From positions 77,578,339 through 77,612,114 of the forward strand of contig NC_057718.1 of NCBI RefSeq assembly GCF_004010195.1: a stretch of 33,776 nucleotides of DNA, given 5' to 3'. Numbering within the stretch: the first letter of the stretch is position 1; every line of letters begins with the position of its first letter. The notes under the pieces are model-generated. The model saw only the letters and a list, made by a program, of their open reading frames with translations. It was not told where the DNA came from and did not search any database. The stretch comes from Chiloscyllium plagiosum (lineage: Eukaryota). Shown piece after piece: positions 1-10,975 of the stretch. The position numbers and the translations under genes are program-made.

Positions 1-640
1 TGTTCTCTTTCCCTATTCCTTGAATCTCTATCACGTGGCACGGGTAACAAACCAGAGACAACAACTCTGTTCGTTCTAACTCTGAGCTTCCAACCTAGCT
101 CCCTGAAAGCCTGTCTAACATCCTCGGCACTCCTCCTACCTATGTCGTTGGTGCCAATATGGACCACGACTTCGGGCTGCTCCCCCTCCCCCTCCAGGAC
201 CCGGAAAACACGATCAGAGACATCACGTACCCTTGCACCTGGGAGGCAACATACCAAACGTGAGTCTCTCTCGTTCCCACAAAACCGCCTATCTGTGCCC
301 CGAACTATCGAGTCCCCAATTACTACTGCTCTGCTCTTCTTCACCCTTCCCTTCTGAGTAACGGGGACAGGCTCCGTGCCAGAGACCTGAGCCCCGTTAC
401 TTACCCCTGGTAAGTCGTCCCCCCCACAAGTATCCAAAACGGTATATTTGTTCTTGAGGGGAACGGCCGCAGGGGGTCCCTGCACTGGCTGCTTCCTCCC
501 AGTCCCCCTCACTGTCACCCATCTATCTGCCGCCTTTGGAGTTACTACTTCCCTAAAGCTCCGATCTATGACCCCCTCTGCCTCCCGAATGATCCTAAGT
601 TCATCCAACTCCAGCTCCAGTTCCCTAACTCGGTCTTGGA
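1..640 (-). mobile_element. CR1-clade LINE ORF1 fragment (coiled-coil plus SGNH esterase domain), running off the left window edge
   Basis: The minus strand reads QDRVRELELELDELRIIREAEGVIDRSFREVVTP (coiled coil), AVVIGDSIVRGTDRRFC (GDS block) and VVVHIGTND (GTND block), typical of CR1 ORF1 esterases. Confidence 0.9.
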
Positions 641-643
641 TAT

Positions 644-908
644 GTTTGGTATGTTGCCTCCCAGGTGCAAGGGTACGTGATGTCTCTGATCGTGTTTTCC
701 GGATCCTTAAGGGGAAGGGGGAGCAGCCCGAAGTCGTGGTCCACATTGGCACCAATGACATAGGTAGGAGGAGCGCTGAGGATGTTAGGCAGGCTTTCAG
801 GGAGCTAGGTTGGAAGCTCAAAGTTAGAACGAACAGAGTTGTTGTCTCTGGTTTGTTACCCGTGCCACGTGATAGAGAGTCGAGGAATAGGGAGAGAGAA
901 CAGTTAAA
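644..908 (+). mobile_element. Second, inverted CR1 ORF1 esterase fragment
   Basis: ORF 448..915 C-terminus CCLPGARVRDVSDRV...VVVHIGTNDIG...VVVSGLLPVPR. Bases 644-902 are the reverse complement of 1-259 with 13 mismatches and no indels (hand count). Confidence 0.9.
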
Positions 909-2002
909 TTTTTGATTTGTTTGATTTTAACAAAGTGGTCTCTCACAGAAACATAGGCACATAATGCCATAATTTTTACTTTAATAGTAATGATAAAACA
1001 CAAGTTTATTAACAAAATAAATGAAGACAAAATAGGATAAACCAAACCAGCTACTTATAACATTGAATTCAAGGATTTTAAGGACTAGGTAATAGTATAA
1101 CCTCATTAATTCCAAAACACTCTTCCATAAATGAAAAAAGTAGCTTTTGTATAGTACCCAAAATATAACCCTGGTACAGAATCCAACCTATAGTTTGTAC
1201 AATAATTACACCAGATCCATTTATATAACACCACTTGCAGCTTCAACCTTTAGACTGGAACTGCATATAGCTTCTTCCTGGAGCAATTCCCTGAGCTTCC
1301 ATCTCCTTAGCTTTAGGTAACACTTTCAGGGTTTTGTCCCAACACTTCTGGCCTGGGAATAACACTAAGGTAATTATCACTCTAAGGTAGCCTAGTTTAC
1401 TATATATCCATCACATCTCAGGAACATGGGTCTATACAGCATCCTATTCTAAGGACCTCATAGAACTGATCCACTCAAAGTAAAAGTTGAAACCCAAAGT
1501 TTCTATCACTAAGCAAAGTATGTTTCCCTCAACCTTAAAATAAATCAAGTTCCAGAAATCTATGACAAATCTTGAAGCTCCATTGTTTACCTTGCTGGGT
1601 CACAAAACAACCTGAAATAAAGTTCATTAATGGTACACAAAATCTATTCTATCTAAAGCAATACCTCAAAAACTATTTTGAAATAAATCATCTGTGACTA
1701 CAGCAATACTTGCACGTTAATTATTCACAACTGACACACAGAAAGTCCACTGGTCCACTGACTCAAAAATCAGAAAACCAAACTTGCAATCAATAATATT
1801 AAATAATACATAAACCTCTCAGTTTAGGACATACCTCTCCCAAAGAATTAAAATGTATCTTTAAGAGGTACTTTCATTATGCATCAAAATTCATCTTATC
1901 ACTAATTCTAAAACATGTTAACTCTAATTAAATGATAAAGTCACACAGTCTTTGACATCTGCGCACTTGTTAAAACATCTGCACTGACATTTTCTTTTCC
2001 AG

Positions 2003-2062
2003 GCACATGAACAATTTTCAAATTATGCAGTTGAAGAATCATGCTCCATCAAAATAATGGCG
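2003..2062 (+). CDS. Candidate 60-bp internal exon of an unidentified host gene (AHEQFSNYAVEESCSIKIMA)
   Basis: Branch-like CTGAC at 1984, TTTTCTTTTCCAG acceptor and GCG|GTAAGT donor. Length is a multiple of 3 and only the phase-0 frame is open. The peptide was not recognised. Confidence 0.5.
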
Positions 2063-2112
2063 GTAAGTTCTTGCTGTGAAATGTATTAAGAAAATCAAAC
2101 AATTTGAGAATA

Positions 2113-2284
2113 GGTAAAGACAACATTTGGTGGTTTAATCTGATTGCCAACCTCATGCAAGGGGAGAGGTTACGAAGGTAGAAGCCCTTCATGGTAACCT
2201 TAGCCCGTGCAAGACTTGAACTCGTGCTGTTTGTGTCATTGTGCATCACAAACCAGCTGTCCAGCCAACAGAGCTAACTGACCC
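2113..2284 (-). mobile_element. Degenerate tRNA-derived SINE
   Basis: The minus strand begins GGGTCAGTTAGCTCTGTTGGCTGG (A-box-like), followed by GAGTTCAAGTC (B-box-like). Confidence 0.6.
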
Positions 2285-3467
2285 TTTAAAATAATTGTGA
2301 TCAATATTGAAAATTGTTTTATCAACACTATTGATAATATATATTTCAAAATGATGTAGAGCCAGTAGTTGGTGGGCAAAACTCTCATCACTGCATTAAA
2401 TGCACTGCTTGTGGCTATTCAGATAATGTTTGTTCAGTTTGAAAGAAATGAAGTTCTGTGAAGGACTTTTAAACAGCTTTCAAGTATTGCTTGTTAATGT
2501 TAACAGATTTATGATCTATTCAAAGATTTCCAAATATTATTATAATGTTTGTGAGTTCAGTTTATGATGATACAAGATGCATGGTTTGAGGGGTAAGAAG
2601 AGTGTCTAAGGTGTTGAGGAGAAAAGGGGGCAAGGTGGGTAAGGCGGAGAGGAATTAAGAGAGGGTGAGAAGTGAAGTGAAACATAGAATGCAGGGATAG
2701 CTGAGAGAGGTAAGGGTTGAGAGGCAGCACTAGACTACTAGGCAAGACAGAAGTAATATGCTGAAGAGCTGCCCCCCCAGCGTATCCACTGCTGGTTACT
2801 GTCTTGCTGCTGATTTGAAGCTGAACTGCTGGACTCCCAATCCTGAACCTCATTGTGTCCTCTGCTGCTCCTGTCATGATGCTGTGATGAAGCTGAAGTA
2901 CTGGGCCCCTGCGTCTTGGAGATGCTTTGACAGAAGTGATGCAAATAACGAAATACACAGAAGTCCTTTTTTAGTGTAATACAAGCATAAACTGGTTGTT
3001 TGCCAATTTCTTTTGAAGAAATTATGCAACTTGTATTATAGCTACATCAAAAAGTTTCAAAACTTTCTAGGCCATTGGTGTCATCAATATAGTCACCATA
3101 TAATAGTCCAGTATGCTTTTAAATCTGAGACCTTGTTTTTGTATTTTCTGTCAATGATTTCTATCTTTCTGTGTTCTGATTGCAACACTGAGTGTGTAGC
3201 TAGTGAGAGTATATTGCACCATAAAGTCATGATCATGTTCCAAAACTTTGAAGTACATATGGATGTATTGAACTTTCATTTATAATGTGTTTATTTCAAA
3301 GATATGTAGGCAAACGATGGCTGATGATGTAAATTCTGTGGCTGATTGGAAAGGAGGTCTGGAATGTCACACCTGAGGGAATCAAGATAATTTCAAACAG
3401 CAAACTTCAAAAGGAGAGAGGCAAGTCAAACTGGACTGTGATCTCCTGTGGCTACATGCTGATTACA

Positions 3468-4165
3468 AAGTTAAAAATCACACAACACCAGGTTATAGTC
3501 CAACAGGTTTAATTGGAAGCACTAGCTTTTGGAGCACTGCTCCTTCATCAAGTGGTTGTGGAGAACACAATTGTAAGGCACAGAATTTATAGCAAAAGTT
3601 TACAGTATGATGTAACTGAAATTATACATTGCAAAATACCTTGACTGTTTGTTAAGTCTCTCATCTGTTAGAATGACCATGATAGTTTCACTTCTTTCAT
3701 ATGTAAATTACAAAAACCTTTTTTAAAAGTTACATTCTCAGGTTAACTGTAACAATTGGTATCAGCCAAATAATATGTTGAAGGTGTTAGCCCCCTGTGT
3801 TCCCTGTCTATGCCATAATGTTTAGACTGATTCTAATCTAAAACGTGAGTTAACAGAGTCTTACATGGATTCATGCAGTTTTTGAGCAAAATACAATGTA
3901 AGTCTGCAAGTACAAATTCACTCCACAAACATATATGTATATGTGTGCATTTGGGTTTGTGTGTTATGTGTGTGTGTGTGTGCCTGTCTGTCACACTGTA
4001 AACTTTTGCTATAAATTCTGTGTCTTACAATTGTGTCCTTCACAACCACCTGATGGAGCGGTGCTGCAAAAGCTAGTGCTTCCAATTAAATCTGTTGGAT
4101 TATAACCTGGTGTTGTGTGATTTTTAACTTTATACACCCCAGTCCAACACTGAAATCTCCAAATT
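3468..4165 (+). mobile_element. Non-autonomous Penelope-like fold-back element (family B) with two decayed HHR motifs
   Basis: Inverted arms at about 3468-3610 and 3991-4131, with an unpaired 34-nt tail at 4132-4165. Perfect 12-bp TSD ATGCTGATTACA at 3456-3467 and 4166-4177. HHR-like TGATGAAGGAGCAGTGCTCCAAAAGCTA lies in the left arm (minus strand). Confidence 0.85.
3967..3982. repeat. (TG)n microsatellite inside the PLE
   Basis: TGTGTGTGTGTGTGTG seen directly. Confidence 0.9.
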
Positions 4166-4654
4166 ATGCTGATTACACCCTGCTCACAGCAGAAAGCTAA
4201 CTTCTGCTAATTGTGTACAAATTGCAGACCTTACTCCCCTTTGAAAAGTACACAAGTATAGGGGTTAAAAACTTATGGTCTGTGTGTGCTAATGGGAAAA
4301 GATGTGTTCCATGTGTAGTTAAAATGAAAATAAGTATTTCTCCCTTTATCTCTTTCTCACTCCTTCTCTCTGTTTCTCATATTTTCTCTGTCCTTCTGTC
4401 TTTTTATTTCAAAACCTGAAAGTAAGCAAAATTGTAGTCTCAAGGAAACATGACAAAGGTCTTTCAGCTTGCCTGAAAAGCCAATCTCTTGCCTACTAAT
4501 ATCAGAGACATTGGTATTACTTAACATGACAGTGTCAATATCCCATTGTCTATGCTTTATGGAATTCAGAGACATATCCATTTTTAAAAAAATATTTATC
4601 TTTTTTGGGCTCACCTCTTATTTCTCATGGCTGTGCATATTAACACAAAAAACA

Positions 4655-5455
4655 TGGTGGAGGGAGTGAACGTTGAAGATGTTGAATGGGTTGCTATCAA
4701 GCAAGTTACATTGTCCCGAAGGGTGCCATGTTTCTTGAGGGTTGTTAGAGCAGCACTCATCTCAGCAAGTGGAAACTATTCCATCACACTCCTGACTTGT
4801 GCATTGTAGAATCCAGACATACCTTGATGTGTCATATAGGGAGTGACTCACCACAGAATTCCGTGCCATTGATAGATGTCTTGTTGGCAGAATATTTATA
4901 TGGCTCATTCAATTCACTTTCTAATTAATGGAAACCTCTGGTATGTTGATAGCGAGGAATTCATCTCTGGTAATGTCACTGAATGTCAAGGAGCAAGAAT
5001 TAGATTCTTTATTGTTGGGGATGTTCATTGCCTGGTACTGGTCATCTCAAACCCAAATGTTGTCCCAGTACTAATGAATTTGGACATGCATTGCTTCAGT
5101 ATCTAAGGAGTTGTGAATAGTGCTGAACATCGTGCAATCATCAATGAACATGAAACATCTGATAAACAGAAGGTCCTTGATGAAGGAGCTAAAAGTGTTT
5201 GCACCTTGAACACTACATTGAGAAGTTCTGCATTGGTATCCTGTAACTAATATGATTGTTCTCCAACAATAACACCATCTTACGACTCCAACCAACAGAG
5301 AGTTTATCCTTGACTCCCACTGTTTTTAGATTTTCCAACCCCCAACACTCCATCAAGTGTCAAAGTTAGCCACCGTCACCTCTCTTCCTGAGTTCAGCTC
5401 TTTTCTCCTTGTTTTGACCTGTAATGAGTTAAAATAGTCAGGAGCTGAGTGACTC
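4655..5455 (-). mobile_element. Old degenerate LINE (CR1/L2-group) reverse transcriptase fragment
   Basis: ORF 5071..5295(-) has FSSFIKDL...MFIDDCTMFSTI (decayed INDL...FADD RT motifs). It shares TATTCCATCACACTCCTGA with the copy near 18630. Confidence 0.75.
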
Positions 5456-5810
5456 TGACATTACTGTCTTTCAGTGAATGCTTTGTTAATCTAAAAAGAA
5501 GAAATCAATCTTTGTCCCATTAGACAAACATGAAATCTGCAATTTATCTTGACAATTGTTCTTTGGAGAGCATAAAAATCATATGGCCTTAAATGAAACC
5601 TTAATGACAGAAAAAAGACCTATGTAAATCTTTGAAACTCAAAACAAGAGGAAAACAATTGCATTGTTCTCACAACCTTCACTGCTATCTTATCTTTTCT
5701 GAATGGTATTGGGTGATATGGAGATAATTTTTGTCACCAAACTATCAACGGTGATGGATATCATTCTCTTAATAGTTGCTGTTAAATTCATATTTCTTCC
5801 TCACATTCTC

Positions 5811-6490
5811 TCAAGACCGTTCTCTCCGTAACTACCTGGTCAGGTCCACGCCCCCCTACAACCCAACATCCTGTCCTGGCACCTTCCCCTGCCACTGCAG
5901 GAATTGCAAAACCTGCGCCCACACCACCTCCCTCAACTCCATCCAAGGCCCTAAAGGAGCCTTCCACATCCGTCAAAGTTTTACCTGCACATCCACCAAT
6001 ATCATTTATTGTATCCGTTGCTCCCGATGTGGTCTCCTCTACATTGGGGAGACTGGACACCTCCCCGCAGAGCGCTTTAGGGAACATCTCTGGGACACCC
6101 ACACCAATCAACCACACCGCCCTGTGGCCCAACATTTCAACTCCCGCTCCCACTCTACTGAGGACATGGAGGTCCTGGGCCTCCTTCACCGCCGCTCCCT
6201 CACCACCAAACGCCTGGAGGAAGAACGCCTCATCTTCCGCCTCGGAACACTTCAACCCCAGGGCATCAATGTGGACTTCAACAGCTCCCTCATTTCCCCT
6301 TCCCCCACCTCACCCCAGTTCNNNNNNNNNTCTCTCCACCCTTCAGGCACTCTGCCTATATTCCTGATGAAGGGCTTTTGCCCGAAACGTCGATTTTACT
6401 GCTTCTCGGATGCTGCCTGAACTGTTGTGCTTTTCCAGCACCTCTAATCCAGAATCTGGTTTCCAGCATCTGCAGTCATTGTTTTTACCT
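5811..6490 (+). mobile_element. 5'-truncated Penelope-like element (family A): GIY-YIG endonuclease C-terminus plus pseudo-LTR
   Basis: ORF 5776..6420 reads CHCRNCKTC...FTCTSTNIIYCIRCSRCGLLYIGET...RFREH...PVAQHF...EEERLIFRLGTLQPQGIN, a PLE-type GIY-YIG domain. It is followed by an HHR and a CCAGCATCTGCAGTC tail. Small N gap at 6322-6330. Confidence 0.92.
6361..6395 (+). ncRNA. Minimal type I hammerhead ribozyme, core intact
   Basis: CTGATGA (6364-6370), A, stem II GGGC-TTTT-GCCC, then GAAACGTC with palindromic ACGT as helix III. Predicted cleavage after GUC at 6391. Confidence 0.8.
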
Positions 6491-6496
6491 CAATAG

Positions 6497-7139
6497 TGTA
6501 ACAAAGTTGTTCCTTTAACAACGTTATGCTGTCCTTGGAATTTTCTTTCAGAAAGTTTATAAAAGACACAGACTCACAAAAATCCAGGGTTGAAGGGGTT
6601 CAGGGCCAAGTTGATTATAACTAACAGATACTGCCTCAGGCAGAAGGCTATCAAGTTTTAGAAAAAACACTTGTACAATGAAAGGGGAGTGGCCAGTTCT
6701 CCCAACTCAGTTTTCCTCCGGTTTGGTTTGGTTTGGTTTTAGTAGTAGTGTTGAAAACGTCGCTGGACCCAAAGAAGCAGGTCCAGGCAGAAACTCCTCT
6801 CTCTCTCTGACTTCTCTCTGTAAGGCCCTGGGTTTGATTTTACCTTTTGTGCCAAGCGGTGTTTATGGGGATTGTCACAAGTATTTGGAGCAGCATCATT
6901 AGGTTGGGATAATCTGTTGGGTCTTTAGATAGGTTAAGTCATTCTATACTCTGTTCTCTTTTGTGTGTGTTTCATTCAGTAATCTGGCTCATAAATTCTG
7001 TTTTCTTTAAAACTAAATGGCTTGACTAGCAGCATCACTCTTGGAAAATTTACCTTACACCTGCTTAAAACAACTAGTAAAGTTAGGGTATGGGTTACCT
7101 TCTTGAAATGCTTGAACAGATCTGGCCTAGTCCATAACA
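6497..7139 (+). mobile_element. Solo LTR, 643 bp
   Basis: TGTAAC...ATAACA termini, flanked by 5-bp AATAG (6492-6496) and AACAG (7140-7144), a TSD with one mismatch. No coding content. Strand is tentative. Confidence 0.65.
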
Positions 7140-7514
7140 AACAGTCTTCTAACTTTCTTCTTTGTTAGACTTTGCTGTTCAGGCTACTAATTTGCCCTTT
7201 TATCTCTTTAATTTGGCTTTGCACTGTTCCGGGGTCTGCAACCTGATTTTAAATTGCTTCTGTGGTCCTTGACTTCCTTTACTGTGAGCTACATATGTCA
7301 CTTGTCCACTATGGTAGTATTACTTGATCTGAGCTATAGAACAGAGAACAATGCAGTGCAGAACAGGCCTTTCAGCCAAATTGTTGCACCGACCTGTGAA
7401 CTAAGCTATGTCCATCACCCTCCACTATTCCATCATCTTCCATTTGCTTATCAAAGGACTGTTTAAATGCCCTTAATGTGGCTGAGTTAACTACATTGGC
7501 AGGCACATGCCCTT

Positions 7515-8426
7515 GAGGGGAAAGTGAGGACTGCAGATGCTGGAGATCAGAGCTGAAAATGTGTTGCTGGAAAAGCGCAGCAGGTCAGGCAGCATCCAAG
7601 AAGCAGGAGAATCTATGTTTCGGGCATGAGCCCTTCTTCAAGAATGAGGAAAGTGTGTCCAGCGGGCTAAGATAAAAGGTAGGGAGGAGGGACTTGGGGG
7701 TGGGGCGTTGGAAATGCGATAGGTGGAAGGAGNNNNNNNNNNNNNNNNNNNNNNNNNNNNNNNNNNNNNNNNNNNNNNNNNNNNNNNNNNNNNNNNNNNN
7801 NNNNNNNNNNNNNNNNNNNNNNNNNNNNNNNNNNNNNNNNNNNNNNNNNNNNNNNNNNNNNNNNNNNNNNNNNNNNNNNNNNNNNNNNNNNNNNNNNNNN
7901 NNNNNNNNNNNNNNNNNNNNNNNNNNNNNNNNNNNNNNNNNNNNNNNNNNNNNNNNNNNNNNNNNNNNNNNNNNNNNNNNNNNNNNNNNNNNNNNNNNNN
8001 NNNNNNNNNNNNNNNNNNNNNNNNNNNNNNNNNNNNNNNNNNNNNNNNNNNNNNNNNNNNNNNNNNNNNNNNNNNNNNNNNNNNNNNNNNNNNNNNNNNN
8101 NNNNNNNNNNNNNNNNNNNNNNNNNNNNNNNNNNNNNNNNNNNNNNNNNNNNNNNNNNNNNNNNNNNNNNNNNNNNNNNNNNNNNNGACGGCGGATGATG
8201 CACTGTACATGGAGATTGGTGGGGTGGTAGGTGAGGACCAGTGGGGTTCTGTCCTGGTTGCGATTGTAGGGGCGTGGCTCAAGGGCGGAGGAGCGGGAAG
8301 TGGAGGAGATGCGGTGGAGGGCATCGTTGATCACGTCTGGGGGGAAATTGCGGTCTTTGAAGAAGGAGGCCATCTGGGTTGTACGGTATTGGAACTGGTC
8401 CTCCTGGGAGCAGATGTTACGGTATT
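7515..8426 (-). mobile_element. Penelope-like element (family A) nested in the CR1 3' end, spanning an N gap
   Basis: Perfect 13-bp TSD GGCACATGCCCTT at 7502-7514 and 8427-8439. The minus strand encodes the PLE RT thumb/linker ICSQEDQF...FFKDRNFP...RTPLVLTYHP. Decayed HHR at about 7612-7643. Confidence 0.88.
7733..8186. other. Assembly gap (N run)
   Basis: Continuous N bases. Confidence 1.
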
Positions 8427-9944
8427 GGCACATGCCCTTACCATTCTCTGAGTGAAGAACCTGCCTCTAACATCTGTCTTAAATCTATCACCACCGCCCC
8501 CCCCCCCCCCGCCCACTTCAATTTGCAGCTATCCCCCCTTGTACAAACAGATGTCATCATCTGAGGAAAAAGACTCTCACTGCTTATCCTATCTAATCTT
8601 CTGATCATCTTGTATGTCTCTATTAAATCCTCTCTTAGCCTTCTTCTCTCCAATTAGAACAGATCCAATTCCCTCAGCCTTTCCTCATAAGACGCTTGCT
8701 TCAGACCAGGCAACATCCTGGTAAATCTCCTCTGCACCTTTTCCAATGCTTCCACATCCTTCCTGTAATGAGTCGATCAGAACTGAACACAATACTCCAA
8801 GTGAGGCCACACTAGCGTTTTGTACAGTTGCAGCATGACATCATGGCTCCAGAACCCTATCCCTCTACCAATAAATGAACACACAGTATGCCTTCTTAAC
8901 AGCACTATCAACCTGGGTGGCAACCTTCAAGGATCTATGTACATGGACATCAAGATCCCTCTGCACATCCACACTACCAAGAATCTTTCCATTGACCCAG
9001 TAATCTGTCTTCCTGTTATTCTTTCCAAAGTGATTCTCCTCACATTTATCTGCATTGGACTCCATTTGCCACCTTTCAGCCCAGTTCTGCAGTTGAATCA
9101 AGTCTCCCTGCAACCTGCAACATTTGTCCATACTGTCCACCACTCCACCAACTTTAGTGTCACCTGCAAATTTACCAATCCATCACCTATGCCTACGTCC
9201 AAGTCATTTATAAAAATGACAAACTGCAGTGGAGCCACAACAGATCCTTGCAGCACACCGCTAGTAACCGGACTCCAGGCTGAATATTTTCCATCAGTCA
9301 CTACTCACTGCCTTCTTACAGAAAGCCAGTCTCTAATCCAAAGTGATAAATCACCTTCAATCCCATGCCTTCTCATTTTCTCCAGTAGCCTACCATGTGG
9401 AACAAGGCTTTGCTGAAGTCCATGTACACTACATCAACTGCCCTACCCTCATCCACATGTTTGGTCACCTTCTCAAAAAACTCAGTGAGGTTTGTGAGAC
9501 ACGATCTGCCCTTGATGAATCCATGTTGACTATTTCCAATCAAATTGTTGCTCGCTAGATGATTATAAATCCTATCTCTTACAATCCTTTCCAAACCTTT
9601 TCCTACAACAGACATCAGGGTTATCTTTACTGCCCTTCTTGAACAAGGTCACAACATTTGCAATCCTCCAGTCCTCTGGTACTAAACCTGTAGACAATGA
9701 CGACTCAAAGATCAAGGCCAAAGGCTCAGCCATCTCCTTCCTAGCTATAAGTATCTTCCTTTCTTCTAGCTTTGTCAGTCATTAACTGAACTATTTTATA
9801 AAGTTTTCCCTTGTCTACCAGGCATTTCAAATCTTAGTCATGGAACTCACAATGTCTGTCTGCTCGCTGGCGGAACATCGACTCAGGTCTGCAATCAGGT
9901 ACAATTAACATTTGCATGGTAGGGATGAATACTAAGACAATGGG

Positions 9945-10181
9945 GAGTCAAGAGTGTGGTGTTGGAAAAGCACAGCAGGTCAGGCAGCATCCGAGGAGCA
10001 GGAGAATCGAAATTTCGGGCATAAGCCCTTCATCAGGAATAAGCTGCTTCATTCCTGATGAAGGGCTTATGCCCTAAACTTCAATTCTCCTGTTCCTTGG
10101 ATGCTGCCTGACCTGCTGTGCTTTTCCAGCACCACACTCTCGACTCTGCTCTCCAGCATCTGCAGTCCTCGCTTTCTCCTA
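9945..10181 (+). mobile_element. Near-perfect palindromic mini-PLE (family A) with two opposed HHR motifs
   Basis: Arms 9945-10040 and 10051-10146 are inverted around a 10-nt loop, with an unpaired tail at 10147-10181. Direct repeat CTAAGACAATGGGGAG at 9932-9947 and 10179-10194. Confidence 0.88.
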
Positions 10182-10644
10182 AGACAATGGGGAGGTTAGA
10201 TAGTAGGTCTATCTCCTTTGAGAGCCACTGATGTCCACCAACTGAAGCCTGTAATGCATCATGATATTGTTTTGTACTTAATGCACTCCTCAGCATTAAC
10301 TGTATAGGAGCCAGCACCTTCTACAATAATTAAATGTAATCTTCGTGGAGGAGTGTACATGGTTTCTATATACCCATCTGCACTAAAGCGATGCAGTATT
10401 CTGGCTGCCACAAACAAACATTTAGGATAGCTTAGGGATGAGGAAGATGGAGCATAAATTTTCAGATGCTGCTCTGCATGTGAAGTCAATTATAAGGAGG
10501 ATGATGTCTTAAACCTGATGAATGAAAGATACTACCTTACACACCTTTAAAATGTTCTTCATAGCCACCTCTCTCTACTTTGAGACCAAGAAGAACCCTA
10601 AAAAACTGTTCAAGACCAAGTGTATTTGTTTACTGGAATTGATC

Positions 10645-10975
10645 GCATAGTGGTAAAATTACAGGCCAAGTAAATCAGAAGTCCTTGCTAATTCTGGGTG
10701 CACAGGTTCAAATCCCATCACAGCAGTGCAATTAATTAAATTATTTACTTAATCTGGAATGGAAAGCTTGTTTCAATAATAATGACTGACTGTAAGAACT
10801 CATGTGGTTCACTGCTGTCTATCCTTCTTTGGTCTGGCATACACGTGACTCCAGACCTAAAACAATCTAATTGACTCTTAACTGCCCTGTGAAATAGTCT
10901 AACAAACTACTCAGTTGTGGCAGAGTAGGAATGGGTAACACATGCTGGCCATGACAGCAATGCCTATATATAATA
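10645..10975 (+). mobile_element. Degenerate tRNA-derived SINE
   Basis: GCATAGTGGTAA (A-box-like) and GGTTCAAATCCC (B box). The body GTGACTCCAGACC...TTGACTCTTAACTGCCCT is shared with the copy at 19920-20226. Confidence 0.7.

Larger units (their letters stand above)
7339..9742 (-). mobile_element. 5'-truncated CR1-clade LINE (ORF2 RT to 3' UTR), interrupted by a PLE
   Basis: Minus-strand RT pieces SQHGFIKGRSCLTNLTEFFE...VDVVYMDFSKA, WSPVTSGVLQGSVV...FINDLD and RRRLREDLIETYKMI. AGAACA-type 3' tail at about 7339. AGCTATA is repeated at 7332-7338 and 9743-9749 (candidate TSD). Confidence 0.92.

Noticed and set aside
910..1945. AT-rich stretch that looks like a reverse-oriented LTR (CAAGTTTATTAAC; ends near GTCACA)
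   Set aside because: No left terminus or TSD could be identified.
2557..2958. 133-aa minus-strand ORF, possibly a Harbinger Myb-domain relic followed by a CT-rich tract
   Set aside because: Resemblance is too weak and needs several frameshifts.
5788..6255. 155-aa minus-strand ORF
   Set aside because: Antisense shadow of the PLE GIY-YIG frame.
7585..8451. Several long ORFs of 178-282 aa
   Set aside because: Their length comes from the N gap.
8820..9416. 198-aa plus-strand ORF
   Set aside because: Antisense shadow of the CR1 RT.
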